This document shows positions 28,231-38,059 of a DNA stretch of 64,000 nt, one piece after another; within the stretch, counting starts at the first letter, position 1; every line of letters begins with the position of its first letter. The stretch is from Acidimicrobiia bacterium (lineage in GTDB: Bacteria > Actinomycetota > Acidimicrobiia > Spongiisociales > ZC4RG35). A program made the translations under genes and the position numbers. The stretch is taken from contig JBGTKD010000192.1 in assembly GCA_041744795.1 (NCBI GenBank), positions 13,628 to 77,627 of the forward strand, in the 5' to 3' direction. The notes under the pieces were generated by a model. It was not told the origin of the DNA, searched no databases, and saw nothing but the letters and a program-made list of their open reading frames with translations.

Positions 28231-28490
28231 ACGAAACACGAGCCGAACGAGCGACCGTCCTGGAAGACTGGGCTGACCGAGTTCTCATTGAGGACTTGGT
28301 GGCCGTCGACACCGACGTCTTGCGGATGATCGCCGAACTGGTTGATCAGCGGAACGAGGTCGACGGGGAACTCACGCAAGCCGTCCGTTCAGCCCGCGAA
28401 GCTCATCGCAGCTGGTCAGAAATCGGAGCGATGCTTGGCGTGTCGAAGCAGGCCGCCCAGCGAAAGTACTCGGCAAAGACGTCCGCCTAA
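28227..28490 (+). CDS. putative HTH antitoxin partner
   Basis: GTG start overlaps the upstream stop (GTGA). The C-terminal WSEIGAMLGVSKQAAQRKY is a helix-turn-helix. Length ~87 aa. Confidence 0.4.
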   Translation: MNETRAERATVLEDWADRVLIEDLVAVDTDVLRMIAELVDQRNEVDGELTQAVRSAREAHRSWSEIGAMLGVSKQAAQRKYSAKTSA

Positions 28491-28536
28491 GAGCCGTGTC
28501 GTAACTCCACCCGCCACTAGCCCAGTGGCTGGGCCG

Positions 28537-29343
28537 CTATTTGACGAGTTCGCGTTCCAGGACGTCGAGGCGGCGTTCCTCTGCGATCCACTTGAACCAG
28601 ATCCGGGCGATGATCCCCAGCAGGTAAAACGCGCCGCCAATCTTCATGAGGATTCCGGCGATCGTCTGGTCCTCCACTGGAGTAATACCCCATGTGAGCG
28701 GGGCGTCGCCGTACACCGGGTAAAGCTGATAGTCGCTGAAAGTCAATAACGACGCAGGAACGATCGGAACGATCGTGTTCAAAAAGATGTAGCCGATTCG
28801 AGCTGGTGCAGACAGCCGGGGGATTTCCGGTGTCGGGCTGAATCCCGGGAGCCACAGCAGCATTGCGGTGGCGAAGAATCCGAGATGGACCAGAAAGTGT
28901 CCCCCCTCGGTCTGGTTCTGCCACGCCACCGCGGTGGGCCAGTGGATGGCGACGATCGCAGCATTGAAAGTGATGAGACCCACAACCGGGGTTGCGACCT
29001 TGCGCAGGATCGGCGCGACCCTGGGGTGTCCCAGAGTGCGATCTGCCATCCAGCGCGGCATGCCTACCAACAGCAGCGGAGGCACGACGTAGCCGATGAG
29101 CATGTGCTCGAGCATGTGGAACGTGAACAGCGTCTGCTCGGCGAGGTCGTGTATCGGCCAGCCGGCAGCAACGAGCAGCACACCCACCCCGGCGTACCAG
29201 GCTCGCCATTGGACCCGGGTGGCCGGTGCTGCCTTGGGTGCTACCAGCGGACGTAGCCGCCGTTCGGCCCACCACCAGCCGATGGCCAGGATGGCGATCA
29301 GCGCCAGAACGTCCAAGTGGAGGTGGAAGTCGGGGAGAGGCAT
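28537..29343 (-). CDS. ctaG: caa3-type cytochrome c oxidase assembly factor CtaG-like membrane protein
   Basis: 268 aa, ~7 TM helices with conserved His (HLHLDV, HMLEHM). It is the last gene of the ctaCDEF operon, as in Bacillus ctaG. Confidence 0.55.
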   Translation of the reverse strand: MPLPDFHLHLDVLALIAILAIGWWWAERRLRPLVAPKAAPATRVQWRAWYAGVGVLLVAAGWPIHDLAEQTLFTFHMLEHMLIGYVVPPLLLVGMPRWMADRTLGHPRVAPILRKVATPVVGLITFNAAIVAIHWPTAVAWQNQTEGGHFLVHLGFFATAMLLWLPGFSPTPEIPRLSAPARIGYIFLNTIVPIVPASLLTFSDYQLYPVYGDAPLTWGITPVEDQTIAGILMKIGGAFYLLGIIARIWFKWIAEERRLDVLERELVK

Positions 29344-29349
29344 GTCGCC

Positions 29350-29664
29350 CTAGCGGGTAATCAGCCCCAGAAGGAAAGAACCGATCACGATGCCGTAGAG
29401 GGCGAGGGCCAGGATGAACCCTCCTGCGAAAAAGCGGGTCAGCACCGGCTTTTCGAAACGCAGGTGCATGAACCAGCCGATGACCACGACGAACTTGAAG
29501 AACGACAGGATGATCAGAAGGGGTCCGTCCCATCCCTGCATGTCGACGGCTTCGTCGATATAGAACAGCGCAACCTCGACGGCGGTGACGATCCCCAAGA
29601 GGATGGCGATCTTGACGTACTGACCGGTGGTCGGATGAGCGACGTCGTGGGTGCCTTCAGACAT
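29350..29664 (-). CDS. ctaF: cytochrome c oxidase subunit IV (prokaryotic CtaF)
   Basis: ~104 aa, three TM helices. Start ATG 29664 overlaps the ctaE stop. Confidence 0.7.
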   Translation of the reverse strand: MSEGTHDVAHPTTGQYVKIAILLGIVTAVEVALFYIDEAVDMQGWDGPLLIILSFFKFVVVIGWFMHLRFEKPVLTRFFAGGFILALALYGIVIGSFLLGLITR

Positions 29665-30299
29665 CAGACTGCTCCGAGCAGGTAGACGATGGTGAAGATG
29701 ACGATCCAAATGATGTCGACGAAGTGCCAGTACAGCCCAACCAATTCCAGGTTCATGCCGTGCTTCTCCGACAGCCCGCCCTGGCGCTTGGACATCCCGA
29801 AGAGCGACAACAGCATGACCACGCCGATCGCTACGTGGGCGCCGTGGAAGCCAGTCAACATGAAGAAGGCAGACGACGCAGGGTTGGTCGTGAGCGTCAT
29901 GCCGTAGACCTGGATGAACTCATAGAACTCGAAGACCTGTCCGCCTAGGAAGAGTGATCCGAGCATGGCGGTGGCCAACAGCCACGTTCGTGTCCCGTTC
30001 TGGTCCCCCTGCGCCAGTGAGTGATGGGCGAGCACCATCGTCAGCGAGCTCATGAGAAGCACGAACGAAGATACCGAGGTGAACGGGATGTCGTAGATCT
30101 CCCGAGGCACGACGGTCGCGCCGAAGGTGTCGTTGCCGTAGACGAGATAGTTTGTGATGAGCGCGCCGAAGAACAGGAACTCGGAGCTGAGGAACAGCCA
30201 CATCCCCAGCTTTCGGTTATCGATTCCGAACGACTCGTGCTCTCCGTGACCCCCGTGATCTTCGGCGTGGTCCGCGTTGGCTTGCATCGTGTCAGCCAT
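29664..30299 (-). CDS. ctaE: cytochrome c oxidase subunit III
   Basis: 211 aa. HESFGIDNRKLGMWLFLSSEFLFFGALI matches subunit III. Confidence 0.9.
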   Translation of the reverse strand: MADTMQANADHAEDHGGHGEHESFGIDNRKLGMWLFLSSEFLFFGALITNYLVYGNDTFGATVVPREIYDIPFTSVSSFVLLMSSLTMVLAHHSLAQGDQNGTRTWLLATAMLGSLFLGGQVFEFYEFIQVYGMTLTTNPASSAFFMLTGFHGAHVAIGVVMLLSLFGMSKRQGGLSEKHGMNLELVGLYWHFVDIIWIVIFTIVYLLGAV

Positions 30300-32302
30300 C
30301 AGTACGCCTCGGCCATTTCCGACTCGGGATGTTCGTCATGCGGCTCTTCCAGCGGCTCCATGCCCCATCCGAGCAGGGCGCCGAGGGCGACGATTACTCC
30401 TATAGCGATGAGCAGCTTCCCGGCGAGGCCCTCGTGGAAGATGATCCCGTATGCGATCAACGGCAGACCGGAGGCCATGATGATCGGGTAGTAGGACGGG
30501 TTGGGCAGGTGGATAGGCGACTTTGGGTTCCGCCCGTCGTGGTCCATCCGGTCTACCAACTCGTCAGCGTCGTCCTTGCGAACCGCTCTGCCTTCTTCAT
30601 CCTCGCCGTACTTCATGTGCCAGAAGTGGTCGAGGCTGGTGACGACAGGATTCTCGGCGAAGTTGTACTCCGGGGTCGGGTTGGGGATGCTCCACTCGAT
30701 TGTCCGGGCGTCCCAAGGATCCAGTCCGGAGGCCGGACCTTTCCGCTTCGACCAGGTCCAGTTGAACATGAATACGAGGATCGAGAGGGCGATGGTGAAC
30801 GCTCCGATGGTCACTGCCAGGTTCCAAGGCCCGAAGTTCGTCTCGGGGGCATAGCGCCAGGTGCGTCGGACCATGCCTTGCAGCCCAAGCCAGTGCATGG
30901 GGGCGAAAGTCAGGTTGAAACCTATGAACTGGATCCAGAAGTGCGTCTTTCCGAGCGCTTCGTTCATCATCCGGCCGGTCAGCTTGGGGAACCAGTAGTA
31001 CAGGCCGGCGAAGATCCCAAAGATCGCTCCGCCGAAGAGCACGTAGTGGAAGTGAGCGACGATGTAGTACGTGTCGGTCTGCTGCCAGTCAGACGGGACC
31101 ACGGAGTGGGTCACGCCGGACAGTCCGCCGATCACGAACATCGCCACAAAGCCAATGGCGAACAACATCGGGGTGGTCAAACGTATTCGCCCGCCCCACA
31201 TCGTCCCCAGCCAGTTGAAGATTTTGATGCCCGTCGGGATAGCGATGGTCATTGTCGATAGACCGAACGCCGCCTGGGCGACCGGGGTGAGTGCCGAGGA
31301 GAACATGTGGTGGGCCCACACGCCGAAACCCAGGAAGGCGATGGCGCCGCCGGCGAAGACGATGGCTGCGTATCCGAACAGCGGCTTGCGGGAGAAGACG
31401 GGCAGAACTTCTGAGACGATGCCCATCGCGGGGAGGATGAGGATGTAGACCTCGGGGTGGCCAAACAGCCAGAACAGGTGCTGCCAAAGAATTGGATCGC
31501 CTCCGCCCGCCGCCTGGAAGAACAAGGTTCCGAAAGACCGGTCAAAGGTCCCCATGAACAAGGCGACGGCAATGATCGGCAGCGAGAACAGCAGCAGGAA
31601 GGCGACCACCATCGTCATCCAGATGAACACCGGCATCCGGAGCAGCCGCATGCCCTTGGCCCGCATGTTGAACACCGTGACGAGAAAATTCACCGACGAA
31701 ATCAGCGACGCGATACCCAGGATCTGCAATCCGAGCAGGGCGAAGTCGACGGCCGCGCCCGGCGAGAAGTCGGGACCGGCGTTCGGTTGATAAAGGAACC
31801 ATCCGCCGTCTGGCAGACCGCCCAAGAGCGTCTGGTCGGTCGGGTCGATGTTCCCGGGGACTCCTTCCACGCCGAGTGGCGGGGTCACTTGGCCGAAGAA
31901 GATCACCGAATAGAGGAATATCGCCCCCGCCAGGAAAATCCACCACGACAGGGCGTTCATCCGCGGGAAGGCCACGTCCCTGGCGCCGATCATGAGTGGC
32001 AGCAGGTAGTTCATGAAGGCGGCGGAAACCGGCATCACGAACAGGAAGATCATCGTGAGACCGTGAGTGGAGAACAGGGCGTTGTACTCCGCGGCGGTTA
32101 GGAAGTCGCCGTTAGGGCCGGCCAGCTGGAGACGGAGCAGCAGGGCTTCGATTCCTCCGATGATGAAGAACGTGAAGGCGGCGTAGCCATACATGATGCC
32201 GATTTTCTTGTGATCGACAGTCGTGATCCATGACCAGAAGCCCGTGGTGGACTCGGGACGGCGGAAGATCGTCGACGACGGGCGTTGGGTCGTGGCGGTC
32301 AC
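30299..32302 (-). CDS. ctaD: cytochrome c oxidase subunit I (with C-terminal 2-TM extension)
   Basis: KKIGIMY, GHPEVYILILP and WAHHMF heme-copper oxidase motifs. 667 aa including a C-terminal extra helical hairpin. Confidence 0.95.
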   Translation of the reverse strand: MTATTQRPSSTIFRRPESTTGFWSWITTVDHKKIGIMYGYAAFTFFIIGGIEALLLRLQLAGPNGDFLTAAEYNALFSTHGLTMIFLFVMPVSAAFMNYLLPLMIGARDVAFPRMNALSWWIFLAGAIFLYSVIFFGQVTPPLGVEGVPGNIDPTDQTLLGGLPDGGWFLYQPNAGPDFSPGAAVDFALLGLQILGIASLISSVNFLVTVFNMRAKGMRLLRMPVFIWMTMVVAFLLLFSLPIIAVALFMGTFDRSFGTLFFQAAGGGDPILWQHLFWLFGHPEVYILILPAMGIVSEVLPVFSRKPLFGYAAIVFAGGAIAFLGFGVWAHHMFSSALTPVAQAAFGLSTMTIAIPTGIKIFNWLGTMWGGRIRLTTPMLFAIGFVAMFVIGGLSGVTHSVVPSDWQQTDTYYIVAHFHYVLFGGAIFGIFAGLYYWFPKLTGRMMNEALGKTHFWIQFIGFNLTFAPMHWLGLQGMVRRTWRYAPETNFGPWNLAVTIGAFTIALSILVFMFNWTWSKRKGPASGLDPWDARTIEWSIPNPTPEYNFAENPVVTSLDHFWHMKYGEDEEGRAVRKDDADELVDRMDHDGRNPKSPIHLPNPSYYPIIMASGLPLIAYGIIFHEGLAGKLLIAIGVIVALGALLGWGMEPLEEPHDEHPESEMAEAY

Positions 32303-33453
32303 GAAAGTGTCTCCATCCAGGCGATCAGGTCATCTATCTCTTGCTGTGTCAATCCGAGGTCTGGCATGAACGAACCGGGCTTCACCTTCGGCGGGTTGGC
32401 CAGCCACTCGGTTAGAGCCTGGCGGTAGGGGAGGCCCTCATAGGGAAGGTATGCCCCGGCGAACACGTCCCGACTGGCGAAGTGGGTGAGGTTGGGTCCG
32501 TTGAAACCGGGAGGAAGGATGTTGTCGGCGATGCCTTGGTCGTTGTCTTCGAAGTCGACCGTGTGGCATTGGGTGCAGCCCTTGTTCATGAACACCTGCA
32601 GCCCGTCCCAGGCCTGGGTCCCTTCGGCAGGAATCCGCGCTTCTCCCTGCTGGGCGATCACCCAGGCATCAAAGTCTGCCCGGCTGAGAACCTCCGCTTG
32701 GGTGCGCATGAGCGAATGCGAGAGCCCGCAGAACTCCGCGCAGTGACCCCAGAACACTCCCGGCTCATAGGCGTGCAGGCGCAGAAGTGTCTCCTGGCCT
32801 GGAACTAGGTAGCGCTTCCCGTTGAGGGCGGGAATCCAAAAGTTGTGAATCACGTCTTGTGAAGTCATCACCGCACAGATCTCCTCGCCTGCGGGCATGA
32901 CCAACACGTTGGCCGTTTCGATCCCGTGATCCGGGTATTGGAACTCAAACCACCACTGGTGGCCGATGACCTCGATGACCATGGAGTCGCTGTCGCATCC
33001 GGTCAGCTCGAAGACTCCCTGCACGGTTGGAATGGCGATCCCGGCGAGAATCAAGGCGGGGATGACGGTCCAGGCGACTTCCAGCTTCGCATTGCCGTGG
33101 GTCTGTTTTGGCTCTTTGCGGTTCGGTCGGTCACGGAAAGCGATGACAGCGAAGACGAGCGCCCCCTGGACGACCACAAATACAGCAGTGGCGATCCAGA
33201 ACACCGGCCAGAAGAGTCCGTCGATGTGGTCGGCGATCGGGCCGGCGGGTTCGAATGTGGTCAGCGGCGAGTCGATCTCTATGAAGGAACACGAGGACAG
33301 CACCAGGCCCAACAGGGCGACACCAATAAAGCGAAAACGGGACGCTGACCTGGACGAGCGGCGCCACCGAGGGTGCTGAACCATGGGGCGAGTGTAAGTG
33401 CCGGAATAGGTCGCGGCCAAGCCAAGCGGCAAAGGCCCATTTTGCCGCTTCAA
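32299..33453 (-). CDS. ctaC: cytochrome c oxidase subunit II, caa3-type with C-terminal cytochrome c domain
   Basis: CuA ligands HNFWIP...HCAEFCGLSHSLM and a C-terminal CTQCH heme-c site. TTG start with GGAAGA RBS. Lipobox-like LSSCSF. Confidence 0.9.
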   Translation of the reverse strand: MKRQNGPLPLGLAATYSGTYTRPMVQHPRWRRSSRSASRFRFIGVALLGLVLSSCSFIEIDSPLTTFEPAGPIADHIDGLFWPVFWIATAVFVVVQGALVFAVIAFRDRPNRKEPKQTHGNAKLEVAWTVIPALILAGIAIPTVQGVFELTGCDSDSMVIEVIGHQWWFEFQYPDHGIETANVLVMPAGEEICAVMTSQDVIHNFWIPALNGKRYLVPGQETLLRLHAYEPGVFWGHCAEFCGLSHSLMRTQAEVLSRADFDAWVIAQQGEARIPAEGTQAWDGLQVFMNKGCTQCHTVDFEDNDQGIADNILPPGFNGPNLTHFASRDVFAGAYLPYEGLPYRQALTEWLANPPKVKPGSFMPDLGLTQQEIDDLIAWMETLS

Positions 33454-34265
33454 CCGAGGTCTTCCAGGGCTCGTCGCAACTCATCTATCCCTATCGCGCC
33501 TTCGAACCGAGCGGTCACGATCCCGCCGTCGTCGACCACGAAGACCCACGGCTCGGAGGGCAGACCCCACGCTTCCACAGCGGCCACCGTTCGGAGGTCT
33601 CCCCCGGCGGCGGCCGTCAGGTCTTCGAAGATTTCGACGTGGATGAAATCGACTGCCGGGTAGTCGGCCTTCACAGCTTTGACGATATCGAGCGTCGGTC
33701 CGCAGGTGGCGGTCATGCAGAAGGCTGGGGTGGCGAAAGCGATCACGGTCGGTCGCCCGTTGGTGATGGCGTCCGCGATGGACAGTTCGTGCAGCGTCGG
33801 ATCCGGGTTGTTGTCAGACGAGATCTCTCCCAGCGCGAACTCGGGATGGGTGCGGGTGGCGACCACCACGGCGGGATCACCGACAGCCGGCACCGGAGAG
33901 ACGGTCTGAACGGCGAACGGAGTCGGGGGAGTGGGCTTACCGCCTTCGGGCTGAAGGACCACTTCCCAGCGTCCTGCGACATCCAGGTCGACGTTGGCCA
34001 CCAGAAACCCGCGCACGTTGGGGATCGCCCACACCCATTCGGTGGCGACGGTGGCTACCTCGACACCGTCGAGCGAGAAGCGGGCGGTCGTCGGAACGTC
34101 GGGTTCGGAGAGGAAGGCGCCATCCTCCGACGAGACGATCGCCATCAGCAACCGGTTCGGCCCGGGGGTGAGGGTCTGTTGGGTGTTGGCGACGATCGCC
34201 ACCCCGTCGGTTCCTCCGCCGCAAGCGGCGAGGACGAGAACCAGGGCAGCGGTCGTTCGTTTCAT
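33450..34265 (-). CDS. thioredoxin-fold lipoprotein (redoxin/SCO-like), possible CuA-site maturation factor
   Basis: MKRTTAALVLVLAACGG lipobox. The Cys pair FATPAFCMTATCGP sits in a TlpA/SCO-like context. It lies immediately upstream of ctaC in the same operon. Confidence 0.5.
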   Translation of the reverse strand: MKRTTAALVLVLAACGGGTDGVAIVANTQQTLTPGPNRLLMAIVSSEDGAFLSEPDVPTTARFSLDGVEVATVATEWVWAIPNVRGFLVANVDLDVAGRWEVVLQPEGGKPTPPTPFAVQTVSPVPAVGDPAVVVATRTHPEFALGEISSDNNPDPTLHELSIADAITNGRPTVIAFATPAFCMTATCGPTLDIVKAVKADYPAVDFIHVEIFEDLTAAAGGDLRTVAAVEAWGLPSEPWVFVVDDGGIVTARFEGAIGIDELRRALEDLG

Positions 34266-35134
34266 GCCGACCTGAAATGGTCGACGAGGCGGTGCGTGAG
34301 ATCGTCGTACAAGGCTGGTGGGAGATCGTGGCCCATTCCGGGCACGATCCACAGTTCGGCATTGGGGATTGCCTCGGCGCTAGCGATCCCCCCGGAAACG
34401 TCGATCAGGGGATCCTTTTCCCCATGGATCACGAGGGACGCTGCCGTGATCTTCGCAAGCTCGCCGGTGCGGTCGCCGTAAGCGAGGATCGCGGCTAGCT
34501 GGCGTCCAGTTCCCTGCGGGTAGACCACGCGGTCCAGGTTGCGGGCGGCGGTTTCACGAGCTCGGGCTTCGTCGAAGTAGTCGCCCCAGGCCAAGGTGGC
34601 GTAGTCGACAGTTGACTGGATGGCCGCCGAGCGCTCGGTGGGGGGAGCGGTGTACAGCGCCTCGGTCATCTCCGGTGTCGCTTGCCCGACCTCGCGGTTG
34701 CCGGTAGTCGACATGATCGAGGCCAACGTCTTGACGCGTTCAGGGTGACGTATCGCAGTGACCTGGGCTATGTAGCCCCCCATCGACACGCCGAGGATGT
34801 GGGCCTTGTCTATTCCGAGAGCGTCGAGCACACCGACGGAGTCGTCCGCCATATCTGCCAGCGAGTACGGGATCTCCGGGGTGCCACCTGCCTCCAGGGT
34901 CTCGACTACTCGCATCACGCTGACCCGGGCGTTGTCGAAGTGTTGGGAGTATCCGGAGTCACGGTTCTCAAAGAGCACCACCTGGAACCCGGCATCGACG
35001 ATCGGGTCGATAAAGCCTGGACGCCAATAAGTGATCTGGCTTCCCAACCCGGATATGAAGAGCACGGCTGGGTCGTCTTCTGATCCGAACCGCTCGTAGT
35101 AGATCTTGATTCCGTTGGCGGTGAGCTCGGGCAT
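34262..35134 (-). CDS. alpha/beta hydrolase
   Basis: FISGLGS oxyanion region and the GVSMGG nucleophile elbow; 290 aa. Confidence 0.75.
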   Translation of the reverse strand: MPELTANGIKIYYERFGSEDDPAVLFISGLGSQITYWRPGFIDPIVDAGFQVVLFENRDSGYSQHFDNARVSVMRVVETLEAGGTPEIPYSLADMADDSVGVLDALGIDKAHILGVSMGGYIAQVTAIRHPERVKTLASIMSTTGNREVGQATPEMTEALYTAPPTERSAAIQSTVDYATLAWGDYFDEARARETAARNLDRVVYPQGTGRQLAAILAYGDRTGELAKITAASLVIHGEKDPLIDVSGGIASAEAIPNAELWIVPGMGHDLPPALYDDLTHRLVDHFRSA

Positions 35135-35193
35135 CGGGCGAGACTATCCGCTCTGCAAAGTGGGCTCACCTCGCCCGGTAGGCTGACCGGGCA

Positions 35194-36087
35194 ATGGGAG
35201 CAGCTGTCACTACCCCCGCGCCAGCCAAGGGTTTGCGCCATCTGATCGGGCCATACGTCGCTCTGACGAAGCCGCGCATCATCGAATTGCTGCTCATCAC
35301 AACTGTTCCGGCGATGGTGCTCGCCGCACGTGGGTGGCCCGGTACCTGGCTGGTGGTCGCCACGCTCTTCGGTGGCACGCTGTCGGCTGGCGGAGCCAAC
35401 GCCCTAAACAACTACTACGACCGCGATATCGACGAAGTTATGAAGCGAACCTCAAAGCGCCCCCTCCCGAACCACCGGATCGAACCGGTACACGCCCGCA
35501 ACTTCGGCTGGGTCCTGGGAGTCGCAGGTTTCGTCGTGCTGTGGGTTACTTCCAACTTCTTGGCTGCGGCGTTGTCCACGGGTGCGCTGTTGTTCTATGT
35601 CTACGTCTACACGCTGCGTCTCAAGCGGACCACATCCCAGAACATCGTGATCGGCGGAGCCGCGGGGGCGGCCCCCGTGCTGGTCGGATGGGCAGCGGTG
35701 ACGGGCGATCTCTCCACGCCTGCCTGGGCGATGTTTGCCGTCGTGTTCGCCTGGACGCCACCACACTTCTGGGCGCTGGCCGTGAGATATCGAGACGACT
35801 ACGCCGCCGCCGGCGTGCCCATGCTCCCCGTGGTCACCTCCATCGAGTCCACCACCCGCCAGATGGCCCTCTACGGCGGAGTCACCGTCCTGTTCTCCCT
35901 GGCCCTCGTTCCCCTGGCGAACCTCGGCTGGCTCTACCTGATCACTGCTGTTGTCTGCGGGGCCGTGTTCATGATCGAGTCGATTCGAGTCATGTTCCAA
36001 CCAGCCAGGGCGATGAAACTATTCACTTACTCAACGGTCTATCTCAGCGTGTTGTTCGGCGCCCTCTTGGTGGATGCCCTGATCTGA
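35194..36087 (+). CDS. ctaB: protoheme IX farnesyltransferase (heme O synthase)
   Basis: UbiA-family motif NNYYDRDIDEVMKRTSKRPLP with ~8 TM helices. Confidence 0.9.
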   Translation: MGAAVTTPAPAKGLRHLIGPYVALTKPRIIELLLITTVPAMVLAARGWPGTWLVVATLFGGTLSAGGANALNNYYDRDIDEVMKRTSKRPLPNHRIEPVHARNFGWVLGVAGFVVLWVTSNFLAAALSTGALLFYVYVYTLRLKRTTSQNIVIGGAAGAAPVLVGWAAVTGDLSTPAWAMFAVVFAWTPPHFWALAVRYRDDYAAAGVPMLPVVTSIESTTRQMALYGGVTVLFSLALVPLANLGWLYLITAVVCGAVFMIESIRVMFQPARAMKLFTYSTVYLSVLFGALLVDALI

Positions 36088-36117
36088 CTGCCTGGGTGGG
36101 GGCGCTTCCGCTTACCG

Positions 36118-37437
36118 CTACCTGACCTCGCGCAGGCCCTCGATCATTTCGAGGAGGTGATCGAGTCCCAGGTGGGACCACATCTGGTACTCGCGGCCGT
36201 CTGACACAACAACCCTGGCCCGGTACCCGGCGGGAACGAGGATCCCGGTCTGTCGATCTGCGAACTGATATCGGTCGGCAGGGAGCAGATCGTCGCCCAC
36301 GTAATACCCGATCTCCGCGTACGACCCATCGTTGTAACCGATCCGCAGCGGTAGTCCAACCGGTCCGGTTCGCGCCTCATTGGGGCCGAACTCTGCGAAT
36401 CCGACCACACCCCGCCCGCAGACTTCACACGGGACGTTCAAAGTGTCATGACCAGGCTGGCCGGGGACATCCCAGGCCACGCCCCATGCGCCGACGGTGG
36501 CGGATCGAATGGTGGCGGAGTCGAACTCGATAGTTGTCGGTAGTAGCAGCGGGCCTTCGATCCCTGCCTCCGGACGTCCTATGGGCAGGAACGGCACATC
36601 ATCGGTCGGTGGCGAGGCGACCCACGGCGCAACTCCCCCGACCCGCACTTCGACTTCCGTGACCAATTCGACCGGCTCGGCCTGGAGTCCTTCGACGAAT
36701 CGCAGAGAGTTGACGACCTCCATGAGATGCTCGTTGCCCAACTCCGACCACACCTGGTAAATGCAACCCTGTCCGAAGACGACGAGTTCTCCCAACCGCC
36801 GAGGGTTGGACTCGTCCAGCCCTTCGCCCCCGTAACCCAAGACGGAGCCCTCGGCGTAGTACTCGACGTTTGGCCAACGTCTTACCAACTCAATCTGAGA
36901 CACGAGACTTGTTCCGGCAACACCGAATGCAGACCGAAGATCCGGCGCGTCGTAGACCAGGCCCCACCCTCCCTCGAAGTTGGCCGTGCGCGCCTTGTAC
37001 GCCTCCACGAGCCGAGGGTTGTCGATCGTGAGCGCCGAACACCACATCCGGTTTTCGGCGATCGACCACTCATCGGCGAGTTCGGGCGGAACTGAGTCGA
37101 GGGGGACTGGCAGCACCGTCCAAGGGGCGTCGGGCCCCTGCGGGTTGGTCGTAGCAACCGTCGTTTCTGTTGCAGCGGTCGTCGCGACATCGCCAGACAG
37201 GGGCTGGCTAACGCTGTCGAACAAGCCTTCCTTTTCTCCGCCCAGCAGAACACTCACACCGATGAGAGCGATGACCGCGACCACCGCGGCCACCGGTGCC
37301 AGGACCCAGCCAACTCTTCGATGTGGCTCGTCGGCCAAGGGAAGTTCTCGAACTTCGGTCCCAAGCTCGGCGGCTACGTCGTCCCAGAAGCTTTCCCGAT
37401 GTTCGGGCACGGGCAGGTCACGCAAGTCACGCTTCAC
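36118..37437 (-). CDS. putative anti-sigma factor / membrane-anchored protein with repeated extracytoplasmic domains
   Basis: Cytoplasmic N-terminus, a single TM (VGWVLAPVAAVVAVIALIGV), and an ectodomain with an internally repeated motif (YQVWSELGNEHLMEVVNSLR / YQMWSHLGLDHLLEMIEGLR). It overlaps the ECF sigma stop. Confidence 0.5.
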   Translation of the reverse strand: MKRDLRDLPVPEHRESFWDDVAAELGTEVRELPLADEPHRRVGWVLAPVAAVVAVIALIGVSVLLGGEKEGLFDSVSQPLSGDVATTAATETTVATTNPQGPDAPWTVLPVPLDSVPPELADEWSIAENRMWCSALTIDNPRLVEAYKARTANFEGGWGLVYDAPDLRSAFGVAGTSLVSQIELVRRWPNVEYYAEGSVLGYGGEGLDESNPRRLGELVVFGQGCIYQVWSELGNEHLMEVVNSLRFVEGLQAEPVELVTEVEVRVGGVAPWVASPPTDDVPFLPIGRPEAGIEGPLLLPTTIEFDSATIRSATVGAWGVAWDVPGQPGHDTLNVPCEVCGRGVVGFAEFGPNEARTGPVGLPLRIGYNDGSYAEIGYYVGDDLLPADRYQFADRQTGILVPAGYRARVVVSDGREYQMWSHLGLDHLLEMIEGLREVR

Positions 37438-37970
37438 GACCCACTACCTCCTTCCAACAGTTGCTGCATTGATCGGCGCGCTCGGGAGAGGCGGGATCGG
37501 ACAGTCCCGACGGGAACGCCGAGGATCTCCGCGGCCGCCGAGTAGTCAAAGCCGTGTAGGTCGACGAGCAGCAGCACCGCCCTGTGGGTGACCGGGATTG
37601 CGTCGAGCGCATCGACGAGGTCGAGTCGCAAATCGGCGAGGTCGTCGAACCGATCGCCCGGAATTTCGTCCACCTCGTCGAGTTCTCTCCGTCTGCGGAT
37701 GATGTCTATGCAGGCGTTGTGTGCGATCCGAAAGATCCAAGTCCGGAAGGATGAATCGCCCCGAAAGCGGGGCAGGGAGCGGAACGCGGCGAGGTAGGCG
37801 TCCTGGAGGGCGTCGTCCATCAGGTGGCGGTCAGCCAATATGCGATAGGCGAGCGCGCGAAGGGCTCGGTCGTGCGGCCGGATGAGTTGGAGGAAGGCAT
37901 CCGCGTCGCCTCCCGCCGCCTGAGCAATGAGACGTCGTTCGGTCACGGTCTGGGGCATTGTGGCGATCAC
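37434..37970 (-). CDS. ECF-family RNA polymerase sigma-70 factor
   Basis: Region 2 (DALQDAYLAAFR...FRTWIFRIAHN) and region 4 HTH (DYSAAAEILGVPVGTVRSRLSRAR). Confidence 0.85.
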   Translation of the reverse strand: MIATMPQTVTERRLIAQAAGGDADAFLQLIRPHDRALRALAYRILADRHLMDDALQDAYLAAFRSLPRFRGDSSFRTWIFRIAHNACIDIIRRRRELDEVDEIPGDRFDDLADLRLDLVDALDAIPVTHRAVLLLVDLHGFDYSAAAEILGVPVGTVRSRLSRARRSMQQLLEGGSGS

Positions 37971-38059
37971 ACAGACTTCTGACGGATCACTCGCCTGGAT
38001 CGTTCCATCGGATACACGTTGGGGTGGATTGGCCTGGCACGAAATTACGTGATCTACGG

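Noticed and set aside
30299-32302. ctaD length (667 aa) as a possible subunit I–III fusion
   Set aside because: The extra ~90 aa form only a two-helix C-terminal tail, and separate ctaE and ctaF genes follow, so this is not a true fusion.
35334-36125. 263-aa plus-strand ORF overlapping ctaB in another frame
   Set aside because: Arg-rich shadow ORF. ctaB in the other frame has the diagnostic UbiA motif.
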